64,000 nucleotides of DNA, from NCBI GenBank assembly GCA_002104905.1, contig MCFE01000286.1, positions 1 to 64,000 of the forward strand. The letters are read 5' to 3'. Below, piece by piece: positions 21,711 through 42,796 of the stretch (the first letter of the stretch is position 1; every line of letters begins with the position of its first letter). The position numbers were made by a program, and so were the translations under genes. The stretch comes from Basidiobolus meristosporus CBS 931.73 (lineage: Eukaryota > Fungi > Basidiobolomycota). A model generated the notes under the pieces. That model made no database searches and had not been told where the DNA came from. It saw nothing but the letters and a program-made list of their open reading frames with translations.

Positions 21711-22478
21711 TTGAGAATATATTGTTGTTTAAGAAGTGTGATCATGTTGGTCATGGCTTTATAGTCAATCATCAGAGTGGCTATATGCTATTGGCATTGC
21801 GGTAAATCGAGCTGGGCCAACGACCACAGTGTTTCAAGTAAATAAGCCGAGTATTGCGATGAATAGCAATTATCAGAAAGTGGCACAATACTATATGAAT
21901 CTAATTGATAAAGAATAGAAAACTAGCAATCGATCACCACTACCACAAGCCACCCAGAGCGTGACAGACCTAAACGTGGTATTTGCTTCTGTAGAGACAC
22001 TATCTGTTCCCCGCCAGAAATCTGAGGACAAAACTGTCTTCACTTTACCCAAAGGGACTGTGCATTCGAATACCTTAGATATTGTCATTATGAAAGAATT
22101 GGTTTAACCTAGAGGTCGACAAATCTTTCATTGATTGAAACACTTAACTACTACAGCGGCCTCAGCATCCTAGTTGCTTTACACCGGGTAGACCTTTTCT
22201 CAACGATATGAACTTCCGCCTCGGATCAACATATTCTAGTCATCCGTCAAGAGATACTAGAATTTGACAGTCAACTGAGCCCAGAATTCAGACAACGAAA
22301 GATAGAGTGGCCACTTCGGAGCTATTGAGCCACGGTTAGGTGTCATTGGTCTGGTATCTCAATTACACTTGGCAAACTTTATTACAGTGCGGAAAGCAAT
22401 TTCCGGAATGGCAATACAAAGATTATTAACACTGGAAACCATCCACGAGTAGCAGTACTTTGAGGCCATCACACCATT

Positions 22479-23193
22479 TTACTGTTTACCACCTCGACCT
22501 AAATAGATTTGGAATTTGGTTAGCACTATAAAGTACCCATATATCAACCAAAAGAAACAACCTCCTCTGTTACCGCCACGATTTCCCCATCTGCCTTGGC
22601 CTCTGCCACCGCGTCCGCCACGCCCGCCACCATTCTTTCTGTTGTCCTCTTTTACCATATCCACAATCTATATGACAAGAAACCGTGAGAACGTGATCGA
22701 TTTCCTGAAAGATGGAATCAAAGAGACCTCATCTGGAATGCGAAGGTACTTGATTGTACTGCCTCGGATATAACACTCTGGTAAACGCCAAAAGCGATCT
22801 CCCTCCTGCGAAAAGTGAAAATGGTTACTTTCTATACAATGATGCTTCTGCCATCTCGAAATGAAGATCGCATAGGGAATGCACAAGGGATTAAGTAACA
22901 TCTCACTTACGGGAGAGGTCTGAATAACTTCACGTAAGGTAAGATTCATAAAATTGTCGCAGTTAACCAAATGTCCATTGTATGTTTCGCCGCTTTTCAG
23001 TTCCACCAGCTGAATATTGATTTGGGATCTTAGTACTTTGGACCAAAATTATTGGAACTAGAAGAAACGAAATACCATAGGATGCCCCTGTGCGGTGTTG
23101 AGTAATGAGAGAGGTAACTAAATGACAGTTTGGTAAATTTTAGCATAAGCCGATTTAAAGCAAGCGCGATGTAAATGCATGACGTATTACCAT
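22479..23193 (-). CDS. LSM4: U6 snRNA-associated Sm-like protein LSm4
   Basis: M|[14 protein letters not shown]|[32 protein letters not shown]|[26 protein letters not shown] followed by an RGG tail. The first exon is the ATG codon alone. Confidence 0.96.
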
Positions 23194-23672
23194 CGTGAGT
23201 GATAGAACAACGAAAGTGCAGGTAACCGCTCTATACGTTGTTGATAATAGAAATTGATAACTAATATAAAACTGATGTTGCTTTGCTCACTTGATCTCGA
23301 AGCAAAAAAACAAGATGAAAAAACAAATGACCAGACAAACAGATTTAGTGTAGATCAAAGCTGGAAGAGTAGAAGTTGCCGAATATTATGATTAAGTTAA
23401 TAGACTGATTGATCAATGCATATCTGATAAAATTCTCGACGACCACCAACTGCTTGAACAGTCTCAAAGCTGAGGAGGAAAGAGTGACCATGTGGCCATG
23501 GTTTGGGGTGGATTAATAAGTTACTATCAAAACTACCCCAAGATTGACTTATTTGTATACCCCTGTTTTTAATCTGTGGGCCGGTCATAATTTGTATAGG
23601 CAGACAAAGGCTCGATGTACTTGGCACTCTAGTCTACCTGCTGACCCACTTCGTTCACTAAACACAGACACT

Positions 23673-24228
23673 ATGTACGCTCTTGCTACCGCTTCCTTGA
23701 GAGTATGTGCAGAGACTTCTTTGTTTCGTAGTTGAAGCTTTCGAGCCCTTAGTTCTACTGTTTTTGGCTCTGCAGTTTTTTTAAATATTAATTGTTATAT
23801 GTAGACTCCTCTTGCTTCTGCTACCATTGCTCGTGGCTTCTCCTCCCAAGCCGCTCAAATGAAAGGTATAGCATTCAATTTACTTCCTATGCACGACATG
23901 CCTATTAAAGAGTGCGTGTTTCAGATGTTGTTCAAGATTTGTACTTGAAGTCATTGAAAAGCTACAAGCCTGCTCCTCAAGTAAGTACCTTCCATGTTGC
24001 ACTCATTCCATTTTTCTCACGAACAATACTTCTTTGATTAGGCTGCTGGTGCCGAGGCTGGCCAGGTGAAGGACCTTAAGCTCCCTGCCGCTCCTGAGGT
24101 ACGCCTTTTCTATATTTTCCCGCAATCCTCGGCTGTGGCTTAACCAAATACCATAGGTTCCTAAAATCAACGAAGATATCACCGCCGAGCTTGCTGCTTA
24201 CGATTCCGAGGTACCTGCCAATAACTAA
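23673..24228 (+). CDS. ATP14: Mitochondrial ATP synthase subunit h (5 exons)
   Basis: Spliced: MYALATASLR|TPLASATIARGFSSQAAQMK|DVVQDLYLKSLKSYKPAPQ|AAGAEAGQVKDLKLPAAPE|VPKINEDITAELAAYDSEVPANN. It has a mitochondrial presequence and the DLYLKxLKxYKP motif. Confidence 0.9.
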
Positions 24229-24473
24229 ATCCACTATATTGGTAGCTGTACTCTCGCTTTCATATTTTTCACATACGAGCATGAAGCGAAAGCGCCCTTT
24301 TGCACCTTCGCTTCAAACATACATTCTGTGATTTTTCAAGGAAATAAATCAATTCACAAAATTGCATTACAATAGCCACGCTACAGTTCCTACTGGCCTA
24401 AATAGGGGTTGCGCAAGTGGTGCGAAATAGATATCGATTAAATATTTATTTTAAAAGCCAAAGTAAAAGAAAT

Positions 24474-27400
24474 CTATTTCTGCCATTTCGTGTAGACCTT
24501 TAACAGTACGCGTTCACCGTTTCCATATCCAACTGGGGCTGCTGTGTCTCTTTCTAAACAAAATAATGCATCTCGTACAGTAACTTTCCTGGTTGCAGAC
24601 GCATTTGAAGGCCCTACAGAGGATGGCCGGTTGACCGTAGACGGGGGCAGTACGAACCCGGGTGCCGATTGTGATCTCTGTGGTGCCAGTCCCCCCTTGA
24701 GAGCATTGCGCAAATGCGACTTGCTTGGCCTACCTCGTCCGCGGTTCGCCAGTGGTGATGGGGTATAGTTCGGCGTACTAGGGGGTTTTTGTACCGTAGT
24801 CTGGGGAGTAGATGGGGTGGGGGGTTCTGAAGGAGTTGTAGGTGTAGGGCGTGTTTTAATAGTTGGTGATTGAGGGCGAGGCGATTGAGCAGGGGACGAG
24901 GCAGCAGTTTTGCTGGAGGTAGAAGGGGCCGGCGAACTCGCGTCCGACCCAGCACCCATTAGCATCCAACTCTTCCTCACTCCGCCGGCGCTTAGTAAAG
25001 CTGTTTGATTCGTAATTTTCTTACGAATATCTTCACTCATATTCCTGGCGGTAACACCAGGCCCACTTCCTTCTTTACGTCGAACTTTCTTGGATTTTTT
25101 ATTCTCCCCTTCCTTGCCGTCTTCCTTGTCTTCGTTCTCGGTATTTTCTTGTGCTAATCGCTTTTCCCGATCAGTGATCATCCTTTTTCGCTGACGCTCG
25201 CTCTCCCGCTCTACTCTCTCGAGTGCCAAAAGCTGTTTCTTGACATCTTGACTTACAGCAATCTTGTACATAGGATGATGGTTAGCATCGAGGGGAGGGG
25301 CAGGGATGTGATGTGACACCACGCGATGTTTGCTAGCTACAATCATTTGTTCGACTAGAGACTTCAAACGCTCCTGGGCTGCTAATGCAAGATAAACCAT
25401 AAAATCAGGATCTATCCCTGTGAGTCTGTGCGGCTCCGCTTAAAAATACCAAAGCTTTAGTGGCGATAAGAGATGGTTGATTCATGTTGCCAGATACCTA
25501 TTTTCCCCACTATCTTTTTCAGCACCGTCAGACTCATAAAGTCTTGGGTTTTGGTCTGGTCCGTTTCAAGAGCCCCTTGGCCGTTATGCTTGTTCATCGT
25601 CTCGCTGTCTCTCAAGATATTATCTGACTCTTCCTATAGGGCATATCAATGTTACCTGAGGTTCATTTCAGCTCTTGCTCCTCATAGTCCTTACCTTAAG
25701 ATCCACTCCTGCATAACCCATGACATCAGTTAACGCATCGAAATCAACCTTGTCGTCACCCTGTCCGCTAGAGCCGCTTGTTTGACTTTTACTGGAAAAA
25801 TAAATGCGATTTTAATGATGTGAAGCGAAGAACCTACCAGAAACATACATACTTTTGGATGTTGGATGGCGGGCGACCGATGGTTGGCGCTAGAAAAACA
25901 ACACGGCATATGTATTAGTGAGGACACATGGTACAGGCAAGGATCAATGGCAACTAACTTGCGACTCGAGGAATGGCAACGTTTGGAGTGGAGACAGCAG
26001 GTGAGGCTGGCGACGGGGAGATAGATGGCCTCAGAGGTGACCCTGGTATACTTGAATTACCATCCGTTTTGTGTTTCTTTGCTGCATTTCTATAAGTTCA
26101 CAATGCATCTTAGAACAAGTAGCAATATAGTATGTGTTACGAAAGTTTTACATGATTGGTGATGCCAGCTGTTGCTCGGCCTGACGTCTCTTGAGTAAAG
26201 CAGTATACGCTGGTAAAGAGGGGTGAGTACGATTGGAAAGGGCAGCTGTCCGAACTGGTCGCGGTGACTGTTGAGCTATTTGGTTATTGGTGAGTTGCGA
26301 TGGTGGCCGACGGGGGAGATTTGAGAGAAGCTTTGAGTGCTGCGTTCCTAGCAGTCTTCGTGCCTGTGACAAGAATAACTCGGGGGTGATATGATTTTGC
26401 TATATAATCTTGCAATTAGAAAACCAGATGAAGCAGTTCGTATTCTTGTTGGGAGAACCTGAAGTTGTCGGAATAACTCATTCAGTCTATCTTGTTTCTC
26501 TGGAGGTAGCTGGCTGAGAATAGTATCTAGCAGCGTGTTCCCCGAAACTTTACCAACCAATGGATTACGTTTGTTAATATTGAATAACAACTCCACTCTG
26601 GAATTGAACATACCACGCTGTGCCCCAGAGCTTGACCCAGCTGCTACACCTGGCCGAATAGGCGCGGCTTGCGTAGTTGGAGTAGCACCAGCGCTAGAGG
26701 AAATAGGCAATCTTGCTAATGGGTTGGATAGGTTTGGTCTGGTAATAGATATTGGAGTGGGTGCTGTAGGTTTAGCACCAGAGCCTGAAGTCGAGCCAGC
26801 CGAAGATGGGAATGAATCTGCGGCGTTGACACCAGGTGCTAGAGATTTCTGGCCACTTACACCTGCTCGCGTATTTTTCAGAAGCTGCGCAAATTGCTCA
26901 AGATTAGCTTGTCTACTACCTTCTGTTGGCATCAGAGATACGCTTTTATGATTTGGGCTAGGATGAAGTGTCGTTGGTGATGCAAGTCCTGGAGAACCAA
27001 CTGAAGGTTGTGGCGGAGCAGAAGAGGCTTTCTGTAATGTAGGCAACGAAGCAAATTGGTTTTGAGCAACCGGTTCGGGTTGTTGTGAGATCCTACTCTC
27101 TGGAAGGATGGAGTTAGTTCCCGTAGGGGTGGCGGGAGCTGAACTTGATGCAGAAGCTTTTGTTGGTACAGCTAACAATTTTACGTCTTGTAATGAGCCT
27201 GCTTCTTGCTGATGTGTTGGAAGATGTGCCGTTCCTAGAACTTTGGCAGTGATTGAATCTATTTCAGCCACAGTCAAAGGATCCGCGATGGTATCAGGGT
27301 TGTGGAAATCGGCAGATTCGGTACCAGACAGTAATTCGTCCAAATCAATATTAAACTCCTCTGCATCGACGTCAGAATGTAAGGTGTTTACTATATTTTG

Positions 27401-27502
27401 TATCTCTGCTGCGTGATCCTCCGAACTATTGGAGATAATATCTAAAAAGCTTTCCGATGTATCTGTTTTTGAGAGATCAATGTCATCTAGTTTGTCAGGC
27501 AT
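24474..27502 (-). CDS. TAF4: TFIID subunit TAF4 (histone-fold protein); multi-exon
   Basis: Exons include LTDVMGYAGVDLKEESENILRD, DPDFMVYLALAAQERLKSLVEQMIVASKHR, SEDIRKKITNQTALLSAGG and RKVTVRDALFCLERD (TAF4 histone fold and conserved C-terminal domain). The 5' end is uncertain. Confidence 0.9.
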
Positions 27503-28133
27503 TTTCAACTGCGTTCAGATATGTGCTAGGGGGGGAGACATTCAACTTTAAACCTATTTCAGTGGTATTTAGAGTAAGAAGGCTGCTTTCCTTCGTGCTT
27601 AGGGAGTATATGGCACTAAACAGTTATTTTGAACGGTGTGTTATAGAAAATATGCACGTTTAGGCTTCCTGCACTGTGTGTACGAATCTCATTTCGATGG
27701 AATCCACCAATTCTAATAGGACAGTCACATGATCCATTTGATCATGAGGGACACGCGACGCGATCTCGCTGAACGGCACCAACTCAAATAGCCAATGATT
27801 ACTGACACCCAATATTATTGCAAGCTTGTTTAATCGTTGCTCTGACATCATGGGAAACATAGAAAAATCATTAGTTTTTCGTGGGTGAAAGTACTAAATA
27901 ATATATATACGTATATATATCTGGGAATGTATAATCGATATGGTTGAGCTTCAATAGCGAGCCAATTTAATTTTATTGTTGGGCTTATCTGATTCAGCAT
28001 AAACACAACCAGAGCACTACAAATTTTGCTACACATTATTACTGCTATTATCGCGAAATTCGAGTTACGTTTGAATCCGTATATACGGAGCTACCAATTT
28101 TCTAGTTCGTTCCATTTCACGCTCCTTTAAACA

Positions 28134-31100
28134 ATGTCCTCCGACATTCTCGAGATCCCGCTGAAAGGATCTGACAATGTACTTGAGATAGACTGTTCTC
28201 AATTACCAGAAGAAGCCAAGGAGCTCCTTGACATCCTTTTACAAGAGGAGGCGCCACTGGACATCTATCTAGAGCTCGCGGTAAATAGTAACCTTTACTT
28301 TATTCCTGCGTTAGGCTCGCTATTTTCTAAATACCTCGAAGCTTCAATACTATAGTCGTAAAAGAATAGATGAAGTAGTGGTAGTTCTCGAGCAGGGTTT
28401 AGCTGCTGGTATAGTCTCTACTTGATATAATGTACCGAACGCAAGTTCTTAACAACAATCCTCATTATAATCAGGATATAATTCTGATTCCTCGGCCAGG
28501 ATCCCTTTACTGAATTGCCTAGCCTCTGTATACTTGCTTAGGGCCAAGTCAGCTTTGGGTACAAAGAAGAGTAGATACCTTGAAGATGCCGCGAAGTATT
28601 ATAATGAAGCGGATAGGATTAATCCAAGGGTACAGTTGACCTGGTTGGGAAAAGGTATGTCCTCGATCCTGAGGTTCCACACTATTCGCGAAGCTTACTG
28701 ATTTCATGCCAGGTTTATTATATATGGCCAAAAAACAGCCCGACGACGCGTTACGTCAATTTCAACTTGTCCTTGAACAGGATCCCGACAACGTTTCTGC
28801 ATTGCTCGGAAAGGTATCATGAACATCTCGGGGATTTATGAATTCCAGTTCACTGACTAGTGTCTAGGCTAGAATTCAATATCATCGGAAGCAGTTCAAA
28901 GCAGCCCTTTCTACATATCAGCAGGTCTTAGTTCTCAAGCCTAGCGGTAAGCCGGATGTTCGAATTGGCATCGGTTTATGCTTTCACAAACTCGGAATGC
29001 TGAATGAAGCCAAGGATGCTTTTGATAGAGCTTTGGAAGTTGTAAGTGAGTCTACATGTAATGGGGCGACTATGTCCTGACTAACAAAAATGAGATAGGA
29101 CGAGAGAAATGCCGACGCGTTATCATTCTTGGCAATTATGAATTTTAATGAATTCAAGAGAAGCATGGCATCTGGAAGCAACGACAAGTTAGAGTATCTA
29201 GAGACGGCGGTGAAGTGCTTAGAAAGTGGACACAAACTCAATGTCAAGCATGCGGTTATCTCCAATCATCTTGCAGAGCAGTTCTTCTTTCGCAGACAAA
29301 TCAAGAAAGTAAGTCAGTGTACAAAAACGATTAGATCATGTTTATTAATTTTATCCAATTGTAGGCACTCGGCTTTGCTTCTATCGCTTCAGCTAATGCT
29401 GATACACTAGCTATACAGGCCGAATCGCATTTCCAATTAGGAAGAGCGTACCATCAAATGGTAAGCATCCTCAATCTAGATCTTGCCTACCTAATGCTAA
29501 TATTCAACCCTAAATGAAGAAAAAATACACCGAAGCTACTAGTCATTATCATAAAGCCACCAAGCTAAACCCTGACCACGTATTGGCACAGTTTGGTCTA
29601 GGCCAGATGCATATCTATAGAGGTTCGTTTTAGTCTTGCATGGTCGACATGAAAAGTAATCTAAAATTATCTAATGGTTTATTAGGGGAGCGTAGTTTAG
29701 CTATTGACCTTTTCCAGAAGCTTTTGCTCAAGTTCCCCAAGAGCTCGGAAACTCTAGTGGTATGTTGTTTTGCCGGCCCAGCCATTCTGTTTACTCTGGC
29801 CTGACTGCATTGCAATCCTGTAGATTCTTGGATCCTTGTACGCTTCGAGCGCCGATGAAAAGCAACGGGCTGTTGAGTATTTTGATAGAGCCACCAGGAT
29901 TCTAGAGGACGAAAGTTCGGAGGACCTAACTGATACTTCCATGTTTGTTCAAATGGGTCAGATGCTGGAGGATATCGACTCAAAAAAGGCTCTCAAAGGT
30001 ATTATTCAGCCCTATGGTTATGTGATTTCGTGGTGCTAAGATCAAGTGTAGCTTATCAGAATGCCTTGAGGGCAAATGAGAAAAACGATGAAGCCAAAAT
30101 TCCATTAGAGCTTACCAATAATATCGCTGTTCTACATCATATGGAAGGTAAGGATCCCCTCGACCACGGGTTTTATTTGTTTCAATAGCTGACGGCTGTT
30201 TATTACTAGGTGATTACGATTCTGCAAGGCGTATGTACGACCGTGCGGTCAATGATGCCACGGCTTTGGCTGCTGGTGGTGATACAGATGCCGAGTACAT
30301 TGCTACCACCGCAAAGTATAACATAGCCCGCCTGCACGAAGATTGTTGTGACGATACAAAAGCGCAAGAGCTATACAAAGAGCTTATCGAGAAGCACCCC
30401 AATTACATAAACCCTTACATTCGAATGGGACTGATGGATCAAAGTTCTGGAAAATCTACTGAAGCTACTGATTGGTATAAAGATGTATTGGGCGTGGACA
30501 ATAACAACGCAGATGCTTGGACAATGCTGGGTTGCTTGCAGGCTTCTATGCATCAAACAAGACCAAGTCGCAAAACGTTCGAGCGTATTCTCACCGAAAT
30601 AGACAAGCACGATATATACTCTCTTTGCTCATTAGGCAACAACTACCTGGGGCTTGCCCGCAGTGAAAAAAAGAAGGACATAAAGGCTACTCTATACAAA
30701 AAGGCTCTAGAATTCTATGACAAAGTGCTAAGATTGGACGAGCATAATGTCTTTGCCGCTACAGGTGTCGCAATTGCTACTGCCGAACGAGGCAATCCTA
30801 CCGAAGCTCGTGAAATGTTTGCTCAGATTCGAGATGCGGCACCTCATATTCCAGGGTTGTGGATCAACCTTGCGCACATCAATGTGGAGTTAGGCAACTA
30901 TCGTAATGCATATACGCTATATGAGGGATGTCTTAAGAAATTCTACAATAACAATGATCCCAACATCACTCTGTGTATGGCAAGGACATTGTTTCTGGCA
31001 GCAAAGGCCGAAAAGAGTCTCGAGCTTATGAAACAAGCACGAAAGTATGTTCAGAAGGCTTTCCATCTATGCCCCAAAGATAAGGCTGTACTCTACGATC

Positions 31101-32344
31101 TTGCTTTAATTGAGCAATCGTTAGCACAGCTAGTTGGTGATATCCCAGAAGAACATCGTTCTGTGAGGGAAATGAACCAAGCCCTGGATGGAATAGGAAT
31201 TGCGAAAAACATCTTTAACGCTTTGATTAGTGTTCCTCAAGACGTGCATGTGCCTTACGACAGAAACATTGCGACTCAAAGAGAGAAGCACGGTGATTCT
31301 CTGCGGAATAGCTTGACGAAAAAGATGGAAAAGCAAATGAAAGCTGAGCAGGAGCGATCATCGCGAATGGAGGAGGCCAGGAAAAAACTCGAGGCGGAAA
31401 GAAGGAAGCACCAAGAAGTTGAGCAGGAAAAAGGCCGTAAAATGCTCGAAGAGCAACGAAAAATTGAGGAGCAGCGTAAGCAGTTGCTTGAGAAAATACG
31501 AGAGGATAATGAGCGCGAAAGAGAGCTTGTTGACTCCGACGATGAAGACCTCAAAGAACGAAAGAAACGCGAGCCTAAAGAAAAGAAACCACGTAAGAAA
31601 TATGACAGCGATGGTGAGAATGAGGATGGCGGTCGAAGGAAGAAGTTACGCCAGAAAAAAGCTGAATATGACGACTCCGATACCCCAAGAAAGAAGTTCA
31701 AGTCGAAGGAGTTTGTTGATGATGAGGACGAGGATGACGACAAGAGCTCTAGAAAAAGATTTAAATCGAAGGAATTCATCGACGATGAAGATGAGAATGA
31801 TGATGATTATAGCAAAAACAATAGACGCAAACCGAAGCCAAAGGACTATGCACCTAGCGATGAGGAAACAAAGCCATTAAAAAGAAGACACAGACAGGAG
31901 AATATCGACAAAACACCATCCTCGTCGAAATTCAAATCAAGTGAATTTGTGGATAGTGAGGAAGATGAGGATAGCCTACCATACTCCAACGCGCAGCGAA
32001 CAAGCGATGTTGGTGACGAGGTTAACGAGGATGGTCACCAAACATCCAGGCCCAAGGCTTCACTTCCTCTAAAAAAGAAATTCAAAGCCCAAAGAATCGT
32101 TGCAGATGAGGACTATGATGAGGAGAACGTGCAGCAGGAGATGCCGCCACCCATGGAGGATGTAAGTCAACCAGATGCGCCAGCTGTACTGGATTCCAAT
32201 GATAAAGGTGAACTGTTAGATACAACACTGGCTGCCGCTCCTGTTCCTGAAGTCACTGAATTGAGCGAAAATGGTAGCCATGAAGCTCAACCTGAAGGAC
32301 AGGAGGCTTCAAATGTAGAAATGAATAGTGGCCATGTCGCGTGA
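28134..32344 (+). CDS. CTR9: Paf1 complex subunit Ctr9 (TPR protein); multi-exon
   Basis: Starts with the Ctr9-typical MSSDILEIPLKGSDNVLEIDCSQLPE...LDILLQEEAPL. Many TPR repeats follow (e.g. HNVFAATGVAIA, WINLAHINVELGNYRNA), then a coiled coil and an acidic/basic tail. Confidence 0.95.
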
Positions 32345-32814
32345 GCACCTAGCGACTGCTATATTAAACACTATTATTCGTATGTACATTCCAACCTTTA
32401 AAGTGCTTCATCCTCAAACCATTTTTTGCTTCAACACATTTTCCTGGCTTATGATTACCTTTAGACGTAATAAAATGTGTAATATTAAAACTCATTTCTA
32501 TATTACGAGCAGACGAAGTTGTTGGTTTGATTGTATCCCAGGCTAAGCAGTGAAAAAATTCAATTAATTGTTACGACCAATCAAGTATTGCGGATTTCCA
32601 AGGCACAAAAGAGGGGTATTACGAGGCTGCCACTCCTTCTTCCGTTTACTCAACGATCTACCCAGCCGTTGGCTTTCTATAACCGGTAAGTAGATTCTGC
32701 TGCCATCCTGACGAAGTCGTCTTCATCCATCGTATCTTAGTATTTGGCAAATGTTGCGACATTGTTGAAACCCCTTATTAAACAACATGCATCTAGGAAA
32801 CTTTATAGTCGAAA

Positions 32815-33582
32815 ATGGGTCGTGTGATTCGTGCTCAGAGAAAGGGTCCTGGAGGTATCTTCAAGTCTCATACCAGACTTAGAAAGGGTGCCGCTCAGCT
32901 CCGTCCATTGGACTTTGCTGAGCGCAACGGTTACATTCGCGGTATTGTTAAGGAGATCATCCATGATCCTGGACGTGGTGCCCCTCTTGCTAAGGTCCAA
33001 TTCCGTGACCCTTATAGATATAAGACCCACACTCAAACCTTCATCGCTACTGAGGGAATGTACACTGGTCAATTTGTCTACTGCGGTAAGAAGGCTGCTT
33101 TGACTATTGGTAACGTTCTCCCTCTTTCTGCTATGCCCGAGGGTACCATTATCTGTAACATTGAGGAGTCCGTTGGTGACCGTGGTGCCATTGCTCGTGC
33201 TTCTGGCAACTACGCTACTATCATCTCTCACAACCATGATGATGGCAAGACTAGAGTCAAGCTCCCCTCTGGTTCCAAGAAGGTTATCCAATCCACTTGC
33301 CGTGCTACCATTGGTATCGTTGCCGGTGGTGGTCGTATCGACAAACCTTTGCTCAAGGCTGGCCGTGCCTATCACAAGTACAGAGTCAAGCGTAACTGCT
33401 GGCCTAAGACTCGTGGTGTTGCTATGAACCCTGTTGACCATCCCCACGGTGGTGGTAACCACCAACACATTGGTCATGCCTCCACTGTTGCTCGCGATTC
33501 TTCTGCCGGTCAAAAGGTTGGTCTTATCGCTGCTCGTCGTACCGGTTTGCTCCGTGGTACCAAGAAGATTGCCGACAAATAA
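32815..33582 (+). CDS. RPL2: 60S ribosomal protein uL2 (L2/L8), intronless
   Basis: [11 protein letters not shown]...[12 protein letters not shown]...[25 protein letters not shown]. Confidence 0.99.
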   Translation: MGRVIRAQRKGPGGIFKSHTRLRKGAAQLRPLDFAERNGYIRGIVKEIIHDPGRGAPLAKVQFRDPYRYKTHTQTFIATEGMYTGQFVYCGKKAALTIGNVLPLSAMPEGTIICNIEESVGDRGAIARASGNYATIISHNHDDGKTRVKLPSGSKKVIQSTCRATIGIVAGGGRIDKPLLKAGRAYHKYRVKRNCWPKTRGVAMNPVDHPHGGGNHQHIGHASTVARDSSAGQKVGLIAARRTGLLRGTKKIADK

Positions 33583-34070
33583 ATATTTTATTAAAGACGC
33601 CTTTAATTATTTACTATCGAAACCTCATCTTGTTGATATTCGTTTTGATCCAGACGGACTTGGTTAAATGTGGAATTATGCTGATATACATTGTGGTTTT
33701 CTGTTTGTGTTGCTGACGCTGATCTTGCTTGCATTTCATTAGAAATTCGCCATGGCACTCGCCTTTGTATAATCGAATGAATCTGATGTGGAGTAGTTGA
33801 CAACGCAACCACAATAAGCACAATTTGGGTGGGCTATCACTCGGAATAGTTAGCAGTAGTATAAAATTATCTCATTTGACACAAATTATGCATATAATAC
33901 AGGCTGCGTATACTTTATCTCCGGCTGGCTTGATGCTATGAATCTGTTATTTAACCAACGTCACAAATGTGATCCAATCCGGCTATAATGATTGTGGGGG
34001 GTTGATTTCGAATTTGTACAAGAAGGAACGGAAGCATTATCACCAATATTCAATCTTGGGTTCATATATC

Positions 34071-41876
<7,806 letters not shown>

Positions 41877-42796
41877 GTGTTGCTCCCATATAAATATCCT
41901 GCCTCAGAATTATACATATTAAAGTTATCTTGCAACCACTGGTGTCAGTATGAACCAAATGGGGCAGCGTCTTGAATTAGCAATGATTTCATACAAGGCC
42001 CAGTTATTGGAAAACCCTGTATAGAATTTCTCTGCCACCATTTTCAATGGTCAAGAACTACGACAAGCTATGGGTGGCTGTAGCTTAGTTTTTGTCAGTT
42101 GTATCCCATTGATGCGTGTAATTGGATCATTTCGAAGATTTCCTTGTTAGGCTTGACAGAATTTGTCCTGGAGGTGGTTGCAACCAATGAGGATCCTCAT
42201 TCGATACATCATAATGACGGCCTTTTCAAGGAACGAATGATCGGCGTTGGTTGTACAAATAGCCAGACTTTTGTTGATGTGTTGGGTTTGTCCAAGGTGG
42301 CTGAGCATTATTGGTAACTTCATTAGAACTGCCCATGAGGCCAACGGTTGGAATATGTTTACCATGAACTACCTGGGTGATTGGGGAAGGGGGAATTTGG
42401 GTAGTTCAGGTGAGGAAAAGGATGTCGAGGCTCGCCTTGGGCTGTATTGTGGTAGTAGAGTAACCCTTGGAAAGAATGTAGAATCCACTGGAACAATGTA
42501 GTTCATTCCCATCATGGATGGGATGACTGATGAAATAAACATGGGATTCCTAATCGTATCGAACATATCCCTTGTCAGAAGCTTGCTTTTTCCACGGTTA
42601 ATGACTGCGAGGGAGGGGCTTTGAAAGTACTGCTTGACAGTTTCCCTCCTTGATATCGCTTACGCGGAGCGGGGATGAATCAACATTTGCGCTTGGTTCG
42701 CCACCACCATATTGGCCATCCTTGGACACATCAAAGTGGGGACGCAGTATGCTTACAATAATAGCTGATATTTTATTTATAACAAATTGGTGCTAG

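Noticed and set aside
33600-33960. Short minus-strand ORFs between RPL2 and STT4
   Set aside because: No recognisable family and no convincing start or splice model.
41950-42760. Small ORFs between STT4 and MAU2 (42099-42566)
   Set aside because: They overlap on both strands and show no domain signal, so they are probably 3' UTR or intergenic sequence.
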